Part shown: positions 1 through 8,382 of the stretch, piece by piece | How positions within the stretch are numbered: position 1 is the stretch's first letter | Layout of the letters: each line of letters begins with the position of its first letter | NCBI RefSeq assembly: GCF_000186885.1 | Contig: NC_014972.1 | Span: 1,230,001-1,262,000 of the forward strand | Reading direction: 5' to 3' | From: Desulfobulbus propionicus DSM 2032 | GTDB lineage: Bacteria; Desulfobacterota; Desulfobulbia; Desulfobulbales; Desulfobulbaceae | Length of the DNA stretch: 32,000 bases | Notes under the pieces: model-generated | Seen by the model: only the letters and a program-made list of their open reading frames with translations | Told to the model about the DNA's origin: nothing | Databases searched by the model: none | Made by a program: the position numbers and the translations under genes

Positions 1-1240
1 CGCACATGGTCTGGATCAGGCTTTCCGACAGCCGCTTGCGGGTCATCTGCACCAGCCCGAACTCGGACAGCTTGAGGATGTTGACCTTGCTCTTGTCGTT
101 GCGCATTGCCTCCTGGAAAGCGGCGTACAGCTCCTCGCGGTGCTGCTCGTTCTCCATGTCGATGAAGTCGATGATGATGATGCCGCCGAGGTTGCGCAGC
201 CGCAGCTGGCGGGCGATCTCGCGCACCGCCTCCATGTTGGTCTTGAAGATGGTCTCGGCCAGGTCGGAGGCGCCGACATAGCGACCGGTATTGACGTCGA
301 TGACCGTCAGGGCCTCGGTGGGCTCGATGATGATGTAGCCGCCGGAACGCAGCCACACCTTCTTGTCGAGCGCGCTGTTGATGTCCGCCTCCACGCCGTA
401 GCGTTCGAACAACGGCAGGTCGGAATCGTAATAGGTGATCTTGTCCTGCAGTTGGGGGGCAAAGGTCTTGGCGTAGGAAAGCAGCTGCTCGTAGACCTCG
501 GCGTTGTCGATCACCAGTTCGTTGATCTCCTCGGTGAAAAAGTCGCGCACCGAGCGGAGGATGATGTCGAGGTCCTTGTAGATCAGGCAGGGGGCCTGGG
601 CCTTCTGCGCCTTGGTGAGGATCTCGTCCCACAAGAGCAGGAGGAATTCCATGTCCGCTTCCAGGGCCTCGTTGCCGATGTTTTCGGCCACGGTGCGCAT
701 GATGAAGCCGGTGCCCGGCGGCCGCAGGACCTCGATCCGGTCGCGCAGCTGCTGGCGGGTGGCTTCGTCCTCGATCTTGCGCGAGATGCCGATATGATCG
801 GTCAGCGGCATGAACACCAGGTTACGGCAGGGCAGGGTGATGTTGCAGGTCAGGCGGGCACCCTTGGAGCCGATGGGTTCCTTGGCGATCTGCACTAAAA
901 TCTCCTGGCCTTCGTGGAGGATGTCGTTGATCGCCGGGGTGGCGGGAAGGTGGGACGGCGGAATCGACCTGAGTTTATGCCCCGGGGACAAGCGTTGATA
1001 ATTCTCGGAAAAAATATAGAAGGCCTCGTCAACGTAGAGGAAACCGGTTCGATCCAGGCCAATGTCGACGAAGGCCGCGTCAATGCCGGGCAACACCCGG
1101 ACCACCCGGCCCAGGTAAATGTTGCCGATCAGCCCTTTTTCCGAAACCCGTTCCAGGTGGAATTCGCGCAGGTGGCCGTTTTCCACCAGAGCGATCCGGT
1201 TCTCGTAGAAGGTTGCATTGATGAGGATGTCTGTGTACAT
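1..1240 (-). CDS. rng: Ribonuclease G/E family (RNase G, CafA-like), 3'-truncated by window edge
   Basis: Reverse translation from ATG (1240..1238) gives MYTDILINATFYENRIALVENGHLREFHLERVSEKGLIGNIYLGRVVRVLPGIDAAFVDIGLDRTGFLY... This is collinear with the S1-domain N-terminus of E. coli Rng/Rne as I recall it. There is no stop before position 1, so the ORF track omits it. The + ORF 140..898 is its antisense shadow. Confidence 0.9.
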   Translation of the reverse strand, partial: MYTDILINATFYENRIALVENGHLREFHLERVSEKGLIGNIYLGRVVRVLPGIDAAFVDIGLDRTGFLYVDEAFYIFSENYQRLSPGHKLRSIPPSHLPATPAINDILHEGQEILVQIAKEPIGSKGARLTCNITLPCRNLVFMPLTDHIGISRKIEDEATRQQLRDRIEVLRPPGTGFIMRTVAENIGNEALEADMEFLLLLWDEILTKAQKAQAPCLIYKDLDIILRSVRDFFTEEINELVIDNAEVYEQLLSYAKTFAPQLQDKITYYDSDLPLFERYGVEADINSALDKKVWLRSGGYIIIEPTEALTVIDVNTGRYVGASDLAETIFKTNMEAVREIARQLRLRNLGGIIIIDFIDMENEQHREELYAAFQEAMRNDKSKVNILKLSEFGLVQMTRKRLSESLIQTMC

Positions 1241-1378
1241 AGAAATGCCTGGTCAAACGCCGTCCGCTGCGGCTGAAGACGGGACAGACAACGGTCCGGG
1301 CGCGTAAGTTTTTATGAAACAAGCATTTTACTATACTATACCGTCGGCAAACCGCCAGCGTAAATTGGCCGAGACAGG

Positions 1379-2272
1379 GTGGATAGGTTTGCCACTCGTC
1401 GGACCGCTGTTGACAATCTATTGATTTCAGTAATAATCCCCACGTATAACCGGGCCTGGTGCCTGGAACGGGCCATCGGCTCGGTGCTGGCGCAACAGCG
1501 TGCCTGCACGGAGCTGATCGTGGTTGACGACGGGTCGACCGACGACACCGCAGCCTTGGTGGCACGCCTGGCCAGCGATGCTCCCATTCCCATCCGCCTG
1601 TTGGTCCAGGACAACCGCGGCGCGGCGGCGGCCCGCAATCTCGGCATCAGCCAAGCTCGGGGGGCGTTGCTCGCCTTTCTCGACGCCGACGACTGGTGGC
1701 TGCCACGGAAGCTGGCCCTGCAAGCGGCGGCCATGGAGGCGGCCCCGGAGACGCTCGTCTCCCACACCCGCGAGATCTGGTTCCGCCATGGTCAACGGGT
1801 CAACCAGAAAAAGAAGCACGATCCTCCCCATGGCGACATCTTTGCGGCGAGCCTGGGGATGTGCGTGGTGGGCATGTCCACGGTCATGGTCCGGCGGCAG
1901 CTGTTCGACCGTTATGGCCTGTTCGATGCAACCCTGCCATGCTGCGAGGATTACGATCTGTGGCTCCGAGTGGGATGCCGGGAAGCGTTTTTCCTGGTGC
2001 CCGAATCGCTGACCGGCAAGGACGGCGGCCGGCCGGATCAGTTGTCGGTGATCCACCGCATGGGCATGGACAGGTACCGGATCCGCTCGCTGGATACCCT
2101 GATCGCCAGCGGCGTGCTGACACCGGCCCAGCACCGGGCAGCGGTGGCCGAGCTGGCCCGCAAATGCACCATTTACGGCCAAGGCTGCATCAAACATGGC
2201 CGGCCCGAGGAAGGCCGGCGCTACCTGGAGCTGGCCGACCGTTACCATTCAGCGAAGGGACACCACTCGTGA
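1379..2272 (+). CDS. Family 2 glycosyltransferase (GT-A fold)
   Basis: N-terminal ISVIIPTYNRAWCLERAIGSVLAQ, DDGSTDDT and LDADD (DxD) motifs. The GTG start at 1379 is uncertain and has no clear SD. The stop overlaps the next gene's start (GTGA at 2269-2272). Confidence 0.8.
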   Translation: MDRFATRRTAVDNLLISVIIPTYNRAWCLERAIGSVLAQQRACTELIVVDDGSTDDTAALVARLASDAPIPIRLLVQDNRGAAAARNLGISQARGALLAFLDADDWWLPRKLALQAAAMEAAPETLVSHTREIWFRHGQRVNQKKKHDPPHGDIFAASLGMCVVGMSTVMVRRQLFDRYGLFDATLPCCEDYDLWLRVGCREAFFLVPESLTGKDGGRPDQLSVIHRMGMDRYRIRSLDTLIASGVLTPAQHRAAVAELARKCTIYGQGCIKHGRPEEGRRYLELADRYHSAKGHHS

Positions 2273-3381
2273 AACAGACTTCCTACGGCGACCCCGCCCG
2301 CTTCGTCACCCGCCTGCACGTGGCCGAAGACTGCTTAGAGCTGCCCTACACCCAAGAGATCATGGCCCGGGCAGCGCTACCGGTGACCGTGGTCGGCGAA
2401 CGGGGCGGCCCCGCGATCGACGGCGACTATCCCGCCAACCTGACCGCCGGCAAGCATCACCTGTTGCTGTGCCGCAACCGGGGCGCCTTTTTCAAGCCCT
2501 GCCCCGGTACCCGCGAGTACCGCTGCTGCAACTACCAGGTGCTCAACATCGGCATGAATTGCCCCATGGACTGCGTCTATTGCATCCTCCAGGCCTACCT
2601 CAACAACCCCTGGCTCAGCTTCTTCGTCAATGTGGAGGACCTGTTCAACGAACTCGATACCGCGCTTGACGCCGAGCCGGACCGCTTCTTTCGCATCGGC
2701 ACTGGCGAGTTCACCGACAGCCTGGCCCTGGACAGTCTCACCCATCTCAGCCCCCGGCTGGTGACCTACATGGCCGGCCGGACCAACGCGGTGCTGGAAC
2801 TCAAATCCAAGAGCGTCAACATCGCCAATCTGCGCGGCCTCGATCATCGGGGCCGGACCCTGGTCGCCTGGTCGCTCAACAGTCCGCCGATCATGGCCCG
2901 GGAAGAAATCCGCACCGCCACCCTGGACGAGCGGCTGCAGGCGGCGGCCCACTGCGCCGAGTGGGGGTACAAACTCGCCTTTCACTTCGACCCGATCATT
3001 CTCCACGACGGCTGGGAGGAGGGGTACCGTTCCACCATTGGCCGCCTCTTTGCCACGGTCCCGGCCGAGGCCATCGCCTGGATCAGCCTGGGCGCGTTGC
3101 GTTATCTGCCCGCGCTCAAGCAGATCGCCGCCGACCGCTTTCCAGCCTCGCGCTTTTTCTATCAGGAATTTGTCGACGGCCTCGACGGCAAGCGCCGCTA
3201 CTTCCGTCCCCAGCGGGTGGCCATGTACCGCCTGATCCTTGACGAACTGCGCAAACATGCCCACCCCTCCACCTGCATCTACTTCTGCATGGAAAACGAC
3301 ACTATCTGGCGCGAGGTCTTCGGCTTTGCCCCCGACGAGCATGGCGGCCTGCCGGCGATGCTGGATCGGGCGGTGGGGTGA
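2269..3381 (+). CDS. Spore photoproduct lyase family radical SAM protein (SplB-like)
   Basis: Radical SAM CxxxCxxC box (CPMDCVYC) and an HDGWEEGYR block resembling B. subtilis SplB HEGWEEGYR. The N-terminal 191 codons of track ORF 1696..3381 overlap the GT2 gene and have biased composition, so I chose the in-frame GTG at 2269, which overlaps the upstream TGA. Confidence 0.8.
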   Translation: MKQTSYGDPARFVTRLHVAEDCLELPYTQEIMARAALPVTVVGERGGPAIDGDYPANLTAGKHHLLLCRNRGAFFKPCPGTREYRCCNYQVLNIGMNCPMDCVYCILQAYLNNPWLSFFVNVEDLFNELDTALDAEPDRFFRIGTGEFTDSLALDSLTHLSPRLVTYMAGRTNAVLELKSKSVNIANLRGLDHRGRTLVAWSLNSPPIMAREEIRTATLDERLQAAAHCAEWGYKLAFHFDPIILHDGWEEGYRSTIGRLFATVPAEAIAWISLGALRYLPALKQIAADRFPASRFFYQEFVDGLDGKRRYFRPQRVAMYRLILDELRKHAHPSTCIYFCMENDTIWREVFGFAPDEHGGLPAMLDRAVG

Positions 3382-3495
3382 ATCCGGTCTCTGTTTCTTT
3401 ATTTCTGTCGCGGACCCTGCTTGCTCTCCACGTGCTTTATTTCCGGTTGCCGTCCTTCCTCTTATTGCGGCCTTGTTCACCTTCTCCGGCTGATC

Positions 3496-3517
3496 GCTCC
3501 CGCTTCGGACGGGGAGC
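3496..3517 (+). other. Very stable GC hairpin closed by a C(UUCG)G tetraloop, inside a 320-nt non-coding gap
   Basis: GCTCCCG-CTTCGG-A-CGGGGAGC: a 6-7 bp GC stem plus a cUUCGg loop. No U-tract follows, so it is not a canonical terminator. Confidence 0.5.
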
Positions 3518-3703
3518 AATTTCAATAACCGTTGCCGGTTTCCTGATCGATGGATATAGAAAAGGCAGAGTGCACGGCATGGTTAGTTCTTGTCAGCGGC
3601 TAAGTCGAGGATGTCCGTGCTGTGAGGGAGGCCGCGATGAGCCAGGGGGCAAAGGGCTTGCTGGATCATTTGGAGAGAACCAACGAATAACCGGGAGGTT
3701 GCC

Positions 3704-3988
3704 ATGGCGCAGTTACCCATAATGGAAAAAGGAAGATCCCTGGGATGTCAGGCGGAGTGGCCTCTTTTTTACATGAACGATTTTTCACGGCTGGGCCTTC
3801 TGGTTCCGGACTTGGAGCAAACGTTGCGCGCCTTGAAGGCCCGAGGGTACCTGGTACATGAGAACGAGCAGGGCTGCCTGCTGGAAGTGGACAGCCGGGA
3901 CCACCTCAACGGTGCCTTTGCCGCTCTGGCCGAACAGCAGGTTGCCTACGAGCTGGCCGATTTGATCAGCTGCGTTTACCAGGGGTGA
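3704..3988 (+). CDS. Small hypothetical protein (94 aa)
   Basis: ORF with a good SD (GGGAGG, 7 nt before the ATG at 3704). I recognise no family motif. An internal Met at 3773 is an alternative start. Confidence 0.45.
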   Translation: MAQLPIMEKGRSLGCQAEWPLFYMNDFSRLGLLVPDLEQTLRALKARGYLVHENEQGCLLEVDSRDHLNGAFAALAEQQVAYELADLISCVYQG

Positions 3989-4115
3989 TAGCCCCTCGTT
4001 CCGCCCGGCGGGCGGACACTTGTGTCACGGATCCCTCCGGTGGAGCATGTCCAGTATGACGCTCTACGTGAGGTAATATCCAGTTTTTTTCTTTTTATCG
4101 GGTAGTCATCAGTTC

Positions 4116-4907
4116 ATGAACAATGAGTCGTTTCGTGGGAACCCACCCACCCCGCCATGGGTGCCGCTTAGTTTTTCTTTGACCTTTCTTTTCCGTTATC
4201 CCCGTCTGCTGGGTTGGAGTCTTATCCTGGTGTTGCTTACCGGCACGCTGACCTGGCTGGGCTATCTGTTCTCGGTTGACCTGATCAGCCAGCTCACCGG
4301 ATCTTTTTTCACCACCCCGCCGACCGTGGAAAAATTTTGGCACTGGCCGGTGTTGTGGGGCTGGATTGCCCTGAAGTGGATTTTTTTCGTCCTTTCACGG
4401 GTGGTGGCCTTTTATCTGGCCTTTGTCCTGGCCTACAGCCTGACCACGCCGGGCTACGTGTTCCTCAGCACTTGGGCCGGCAACCGTTACACGGTGCAAG
4501 CCGGAGAGGGCGAGGCCAGCCTGACCCTCGCTGGTGTCCTGATCGATCTGTGGGAGGGCGTCAAAATTGGCGCCATGGGGCTGGTGGTGGCCGTGGCGGC
4601 CCTGTTTGCCAATTTTATCCCGGTGATTGGACAGGCCGCCGTGTTTGTTCTTTACACCTTCTATTCGGCCCTGATGTTCGTTGATTATCCGGCCTCTCGC
4701 TACCGCTGGACCCTGGGCGAAAAGCTGCGCTGGGTTCGGCGCTATCATCAGCAGGCATTCCGTCTAGGGATCTTTCCAGCCATGATCAGCATGATCCCGT
4801 TGCTCAACGTCTTTCTCATGGCCTTGTTCTTCCCTTTGTTCACCATTCATACCACCCTCAATTTTCTGGTGATCGAAGGGAAAAAAGAAGTGATTATCAG
4901 CCGTTGA
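4116..4907 (+). CDS. CysZ/EI24-like integral membrane protein
   Basis: Multi-pass hydrophobic protein of 263 aa. The IPVIGQAAVFVLYTFYSALMFVDYPASRYRW and C-terminal IPLLNVF blocks resemble the EI24/CysZ (sulfate-transporter-like) family. The call is from memory of family features only. Confidence 0.55.
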   Translation: MNNESFRGNPPTPPWVPLSFSLTFLFRYPRLLGWSLILVLLTGTLTWLGYLFSVDLISQLTGSFFTTPPTVEKFWHWPVLWGWIALKWIFFVLSRVVAFYLAFVLAYSLTTPGYVFLSTWAGNRYTVQAGEGEASLTLAGVLIDLWEGVKIGAMGLVVAVAALFANFIPVIGQAAVFVLYTFYSALMFVDYPASRYRWTLGEKLRWVRRYHQQAFRLGIFPAMISMIPLLNVFLMALFFPLFTIHTTLNFLVIEGKKEVIISR

Positions 4908-4998
4908 GGACGTGGCTGTATCTGTAGCCAGTTGTTTGGAGCTGATTTCCGGAAGAGGAAAAACAGGGGAGCGCGGCCTTGCGGAGACAGGTGGTCGC

Positions 4999-5034
4999 GG
5001 CTCCCGTCAGCGTGGAATTTCTTAGACGGGAGCC
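4999..5034. terminator. Perfect 10-bp inverted repeat between convergent genes
   Basis: GGCTCCCGTC (4999-5008) and GACGGGAGCC (5025-5034) with a 16-nt loop. It lies between the stop of the CysZ-like gene (4907, +) and the stop of the GT2 synthase (5051, -). There is no flanking U-tract, so terminator function is unproven. Confidence 0.4.
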
Positions 5035-5050
5035 GGTATGCGGCGGGGGA

Positions 5051-6562
5051 TCAGCGATCGCGCCAGGAAACGATGAACACCGAGCCGAAGCCCAAGGCCA
5101 GCATCAGGTGAAAGATGAAGAAGCTGTAGTCCTTGAGATGCACGCTCAGCAGCAGGGCGGCGCAGAAGATCAGGGTGAGCAGGCCTTCGAGAATCAGGGT
5201 GTTGCTGATCGGATTTTTTTGGGTGTTGTCCATCCGCTGGCGAATGCGGCCGACAATGTTGTACTTGGGCGTGCGCACAAACGAGGACTTGATGCCCAGA
5301 TACCCTTCGATCACCGCCACCGAGTTGTGGAAACTCAAGCCCATGGACATGGTCAGCAGCAAGGGAAAATAGACGATCAGGGCCAGAACCTGTTTCCATG
5401 ACAGGGGGCGGGGCAACAGGTTGATGTTGGCGTAGAAATAGACCGTGGCCACACCGACCAACCCCAGGAGCGAAAGGCCGAGAAAGCGGGTGTCGACTCC
5501 GAGATCGTCGAGAAAGGGCAGCAGCGCGACGCTGGTGACGGCAATCATCAGGACGGCGACAAAGATCGAGCTGTTGAACAGGTGGGCTAGGGCGTGCATC
5601 TTGGTGGCGAGATCAAGGTCGCTTCTCAGAATCACCGGCGTCAGGCGGCGGGCGTTCTCGGCTCCGCCCTTCATCCAGCGGAACTGCTGCGACTTGATGC
5701 CGTTCATCTCTACCGGCAGCTCGGCTGGGGCCTCGACATCCTCCAGATAGATAATCTCCCAATGTTTCAGCTGTGCCCGATAGCTCAGGTCCAGATCCTC
5801 GGTCAGGGTGTCGGCCTTCCAGCCACCCGCATCGTCAATGGCCTGTTTGCGCCAGATACCCGCCGTGCCGTTGAATTGAAGAAAATGATGCCCGGCCTTG
5901 CGTCCCATCTGCTCGATGGTGAAGTGGACGTTGAGCTGCAGGGCCTGGAGTTTGGTGAACAGGGAATAATCGTCGTTGAGGTGAGTCCAGCGGGTTTGGA
6001 CCACGCCGACCCGTTCGTCCTGGAAATAAGGCACGGTGTTGCGCAGGAACTGCTTGTTGGGCAGAAAGTCGGCGTCAAAAATGGCGATGAACGCACCCTT
6101 GGCGTGCAGCAACCCCTCGGACAGGGCACCGGCCTTGAATCCGGTCCGGTCGGTGCGATGGATGACCCGGATGTCGATCCCCTGAGCGCGATAAAATGCG
6201 GCCTTCTGCTCGCACAGTTCGGTGGTGTTGTCGGTTGAATCGTCGAGCACCTGTACCTCGAACCGGTCGCGGGGATAGTCCATGGCCACGATGTTGTCGA
6301 TCAGCCGTTCCGCCACATAGGGCTCGTTGAACAGCGGCAGCTGAATGGTCACCAGGGGCAGTGCATCCTCGGCCAGTGGTTGCGGCGGGGTGACTTTTTT
6401 CTTCCCCAGATAATGAAACAGCAAATTCAGCTGAAGAAAGTTGTACAAGAGGATGAGAACGAGAAAAAATACGTACAATCCAAACAGTATGTAGATCAAA
6501 GCGTATTTCCTTGGTTGAAAACAATGAAAGGGGGGCGGCGAACAGGCGGCGGCGACGGACAC
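5051..6562 (-). CDS. Processive membrane-embedded family 2 glycosyltransferase (cellulose-synthase-like / beta-glycan synthase)
   Basis: Motifs DDSTD, FDADF (DxD), TEDLDLS (TED) and QQFRW (QxxRW), with N- and C-terminal TM helices. An alternative TTG start at 6499 is preceded by AGGAA at 7-nt spacing and begins directly at the first TM helix. Confidence 0.85.
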   Translation of the reverse strand: MSVAAACSPPPFHCFQPRKYALIYILFGLYVFFLVLILLYNFLQLNLLFHYLGKKKVTPPQPLAEDALPLVTIQLPLFNEPYVAERLIDNIVAMDYPRDRFEVQVLDDSTDNTTELCEQKAAFYRAQGIDIRVIHRTDRTGFKAGALSEGLLHAKGAFIAIFDADFLPNKQFLRNTVPYFQDERVGVVQTRWTHLNDDYSLFTKLQALQLNVHFTIEQMGRKAGHHFLQFNGTAGIWRKQAIDDAGGWKADTLTEDLDLSYRAQLKHWEIIYLEDVEAPAELPVEMNGIKSQQFRWMKGGAENARRLTPVILRSDLDLATKMHALAHLFNSSIFVAVLMIAVTSVALLPFLDDLGVDTRFLGLSLLGLVGVATVYFYANINLLPRPLSWKQVLALIVYFPLLLTMSMGLSFHNSVAVIEGYLGIKSSFVRTPKYNIVGRIRQRMDNTQKNPISNTLILEGLLTLIFCAALLLSVHLKDYSFFIFHLMLALGFGSVFIVSWRDR

Positions 6563-6677
6563 GCCAGCCTCTTCTGCCTGCCGGCGTCACGGCTCCATGG
6601 GAGGATCGAGGTGCACACGCCGCTGCCGTTGTCAGGATCCTCTTGGCTCACCAGCGTCCCGCAAGATCAAACCGGCA

Positions 6678-6706
6678 ATTCTACCGAAGCGGATGCCCCC
6701 TGTCAA
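6678..6706 (-). promoter_or_regulatory. Near-consensus sigma-70 promoter upstream of the GT2 synthase
   Basis: The minus strand reads TTGACA (6706-6701), a 17-nt spacer, then TAGAAT (6683-6678). This leaves a leader of about 110-170 nt before the 6562/6499 starts. Confidence 0.6.
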
Positions 6707-6782
6707 TGTTCCCGTCCTGAAAAACGAGGTATCGGCGCCAGCCGTCCGCTGAAAAAGGCGATGGTCGGTTCAGCGGTGCCGG

Positions 6783-7343
6783 TCAGGGCGAGTGACGGGA
6801 TCTGGATTCGTCCATCAGGTGCTCCAAGTAGCGCTGGCTGTCATGGAGATCGGCGCGCAGGCGGTCATAACGTCGGTCCAGTTCACGAAGCTCCTGACGA
6901 AGCTCACGGCGCCGGTCCTTCGAGAGTCCAGAGTCCCGCAGACGGTCTTCGACGCTGGAGATTTGGCCGTCAACGGACGCAAGTTCCTGTTTTATGCGGT
7001 AGACCTCGTAGGCGGCTTGATTGTAGTGGGCAAAGGTGGCGTCGATCGCAGGCGGGCAGACATGCTGGTAACGGCTCCCCGCAAGGCCGGTGACAAAGGC
7101 GTTGGCATAGCGGCAGTACTCGCGCAAGCCCTGGTCGCGGCCGGCAAAATAGTGCTGCCGATCCACGGGCAGTCCGTACTCCGCGCAGGCGCGGACATGC
7201 TGCTCCAAACGGCTGGCCTGTTCTCCACCCAGGCCGTCGGTCATGCCGATGCCGAACCAGTCGCCCTGCTGGCACTGTTCGCGGCTCAGGGTGGCGCATC
7301 CGGCAAGCAGAAGGATCAGCAGCAAAAACACGTTTCTTTTCAT
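6783..7343 (-). CDS. DUF2799-like lipoprotein
   Basis: Signal peptide with lipobox LLLAGC, then CQQGDWFGIGMTDG and Cys-containing repeats typical of DUF2799. The C-terminal half is charged and coiled-coil-like. SD is GAGG, 7 nt upstream. Confidence 0.7.
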   Translation of the reverse strand: MKRNVFLLLILLLAGCATLSREQCQQGDWFGIGMTDGLGGEQASRLEQHVRACAEYGLPVDRQHYFAGRDQGLREYCRYANAFVTGLAGSRYQHVCPPAIDATFAHYNQAAYEVYRIKQELASVDGQISSVEDRLRDSGLSKDRRRELRQELRELDRRYDRLRADLHDSQRYLEHLMDESRSRHSP

Positions 7344-7407
7344 GGCCTAGCCTCGTCTGGCGGAGCGACAGGTTTCCACGCATCCACGGTGTTTCTCCCT
7401 GGGGCGG

Positions 7408-8286
7408 TCATTGGACCTGGGTTTCCTTGAGCAGGGTTTTGAATTTTGCCGGCAGTTCCAGGGAAAATTCCATGGGCGCGCCGCTGATCGGATGGGCAAA
7501 GGAGAGAAAGGAAGCCTGCAAGGCCAAACGTTTGATCGGATCGGTCTTGGCCCCGTATTTCTTGTCACCGGCCACCGGATGGCCCTGCTCGGCAAGATGA
7601 ACGCGAAGCTGGTTCTTGCGCGCGGTGACCGGAATGAGCTCGACCAGAGCATAGTCGCCTGCGGTGTGGATCACCTGATAACGGGTTTCGGCGGGCTTGC
7701 CCGCGCCACTGCCGGTCTTGTCCGAATAGACGCGGTGGATCTTCGACTCGCACAACAGGCTCTTGATGGTCCCGCTGGGGGGGCACGGCGTTCCCTCGAC
7801 AATGGCTCGAAACCGTTTCTGAGCTTGCGGCCAGGACTGTTGCAACGCATGCTTGGCCTGTTCGGTCTTGGCGAAGACCAGCAGGCCGGAAGCTCCCTGG
7901 TCAAGGCGATGGACGATGAACACCCGTTCCTTGCCATCGGGCCGTTCGCCGAGGCAGGCGGTCAGCTTGTAGAACATGGTCTTGGTCTTTTCGCTGGCCG
8001 AGGCAATGGTCAGCAGGCCCGGCGGCTTGTCGACGACCAGGATCTCCTTGTCTTCATAGACAATGGTGATGCCCGGACACGGCGGATAGCGGACACCGCC
8101 TTCCTTTTCCGAGGTGACAACCAGCACGTCGCCGGCCGCGAGGGGGTGTTCAGGATGGGCGGGCAGCTGCTCGCCCACGCGCAATGCCCGGTACTTGAGC
8201 AGTTGTTTGACCTTGGTGCGCGAATAGCCGTTGGCGAGCAGGGCTGCCAGAACCGTTGTTGCCTGGTGAATCTGAATTTTTTTCAT
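7408..8286 (-). CDS. RluA-family pseudouridine synthase with N-terminal S4-like domain
   Basis: Catalytic HRLDQGASGLLVFAKT motif and an S4-like N-terminus (YSRTKVKQLLKYRALRVGEQ). I prefer the start at MKKIQIH (8286). The upstream Met at 8325 is possible. Confidence 0.85.
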   Translation of the reverse strand: MKKIQIHQATTVLAALLANGYSRTKVKQLLKYRALRVGEQLPAHPEHPLAAGDVLVVTSEKEGGVRYPPCPGITIVYEDKEILVVDKPPGLLTIASASEKTKTMFYKLTACLGERPDGKERVFIVHRLDQGASGLLVFAKTEQAKHALQQSWPQAQKRFRAIVEGTPCPPSGTIKSLLCESKIHRVYSDKTGSGAGKPAETRYQVIHTAGDYALVELIPVTARKNQLRVHLAEQGHPVAGDKKYGAKTDPIKRLALQASFLSFAHPISGAPMEFSLELPAKFKTLLKETQVQ

Positions 8287-8382
8287 GTGTGGTGCCGTTG
8301 TGATCGGATAGTGAGAGCCATGCATCCATGGGCGTGTTGTCGATGAATCGACCGCCTGCCGGCGTCGGGTGTGAAGTTCGGT

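Noticed and set aside
140-898. 252-aa + strand ORF (and 6..281, 612..797)
   Set aside because: Its composition is that of an antisense shadow (runs of D/G/V/L/A). The opposite strand encodes a clear RNase G homologue across the same span.
1410-1437. Promoter-like TTGACA-N16-AATAAT
   Set aside because: It lies inside the GT2 coding region. A transcript starting here would remove the conserved ISVIIPTYN N-terminal motif, so it is probably fortuitous.
1696-2268. N-terminal 191 codons of track ORF 1696..3381
   Set aside because: It overlaps the GT2 gene in another frame and is Pro/Gly/Arg-rich with no SPL similarity. The real start is most likely the GTG at 2269.
2377-3525. 382-aa minus-strand ORF
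   Set aside because: It is antisense to the SPL-family gene, has low-complexity GC-driven composition and no motifs.
4001-4015. Hairpin CCGCCC-GGC-GGGCGG after the small ORF as a terminator
   Set aside because: It has a 3-nt loop and no U-tract. The T-rich run at about 4085-4096 has no adjacent stem, so there is insufficient support.
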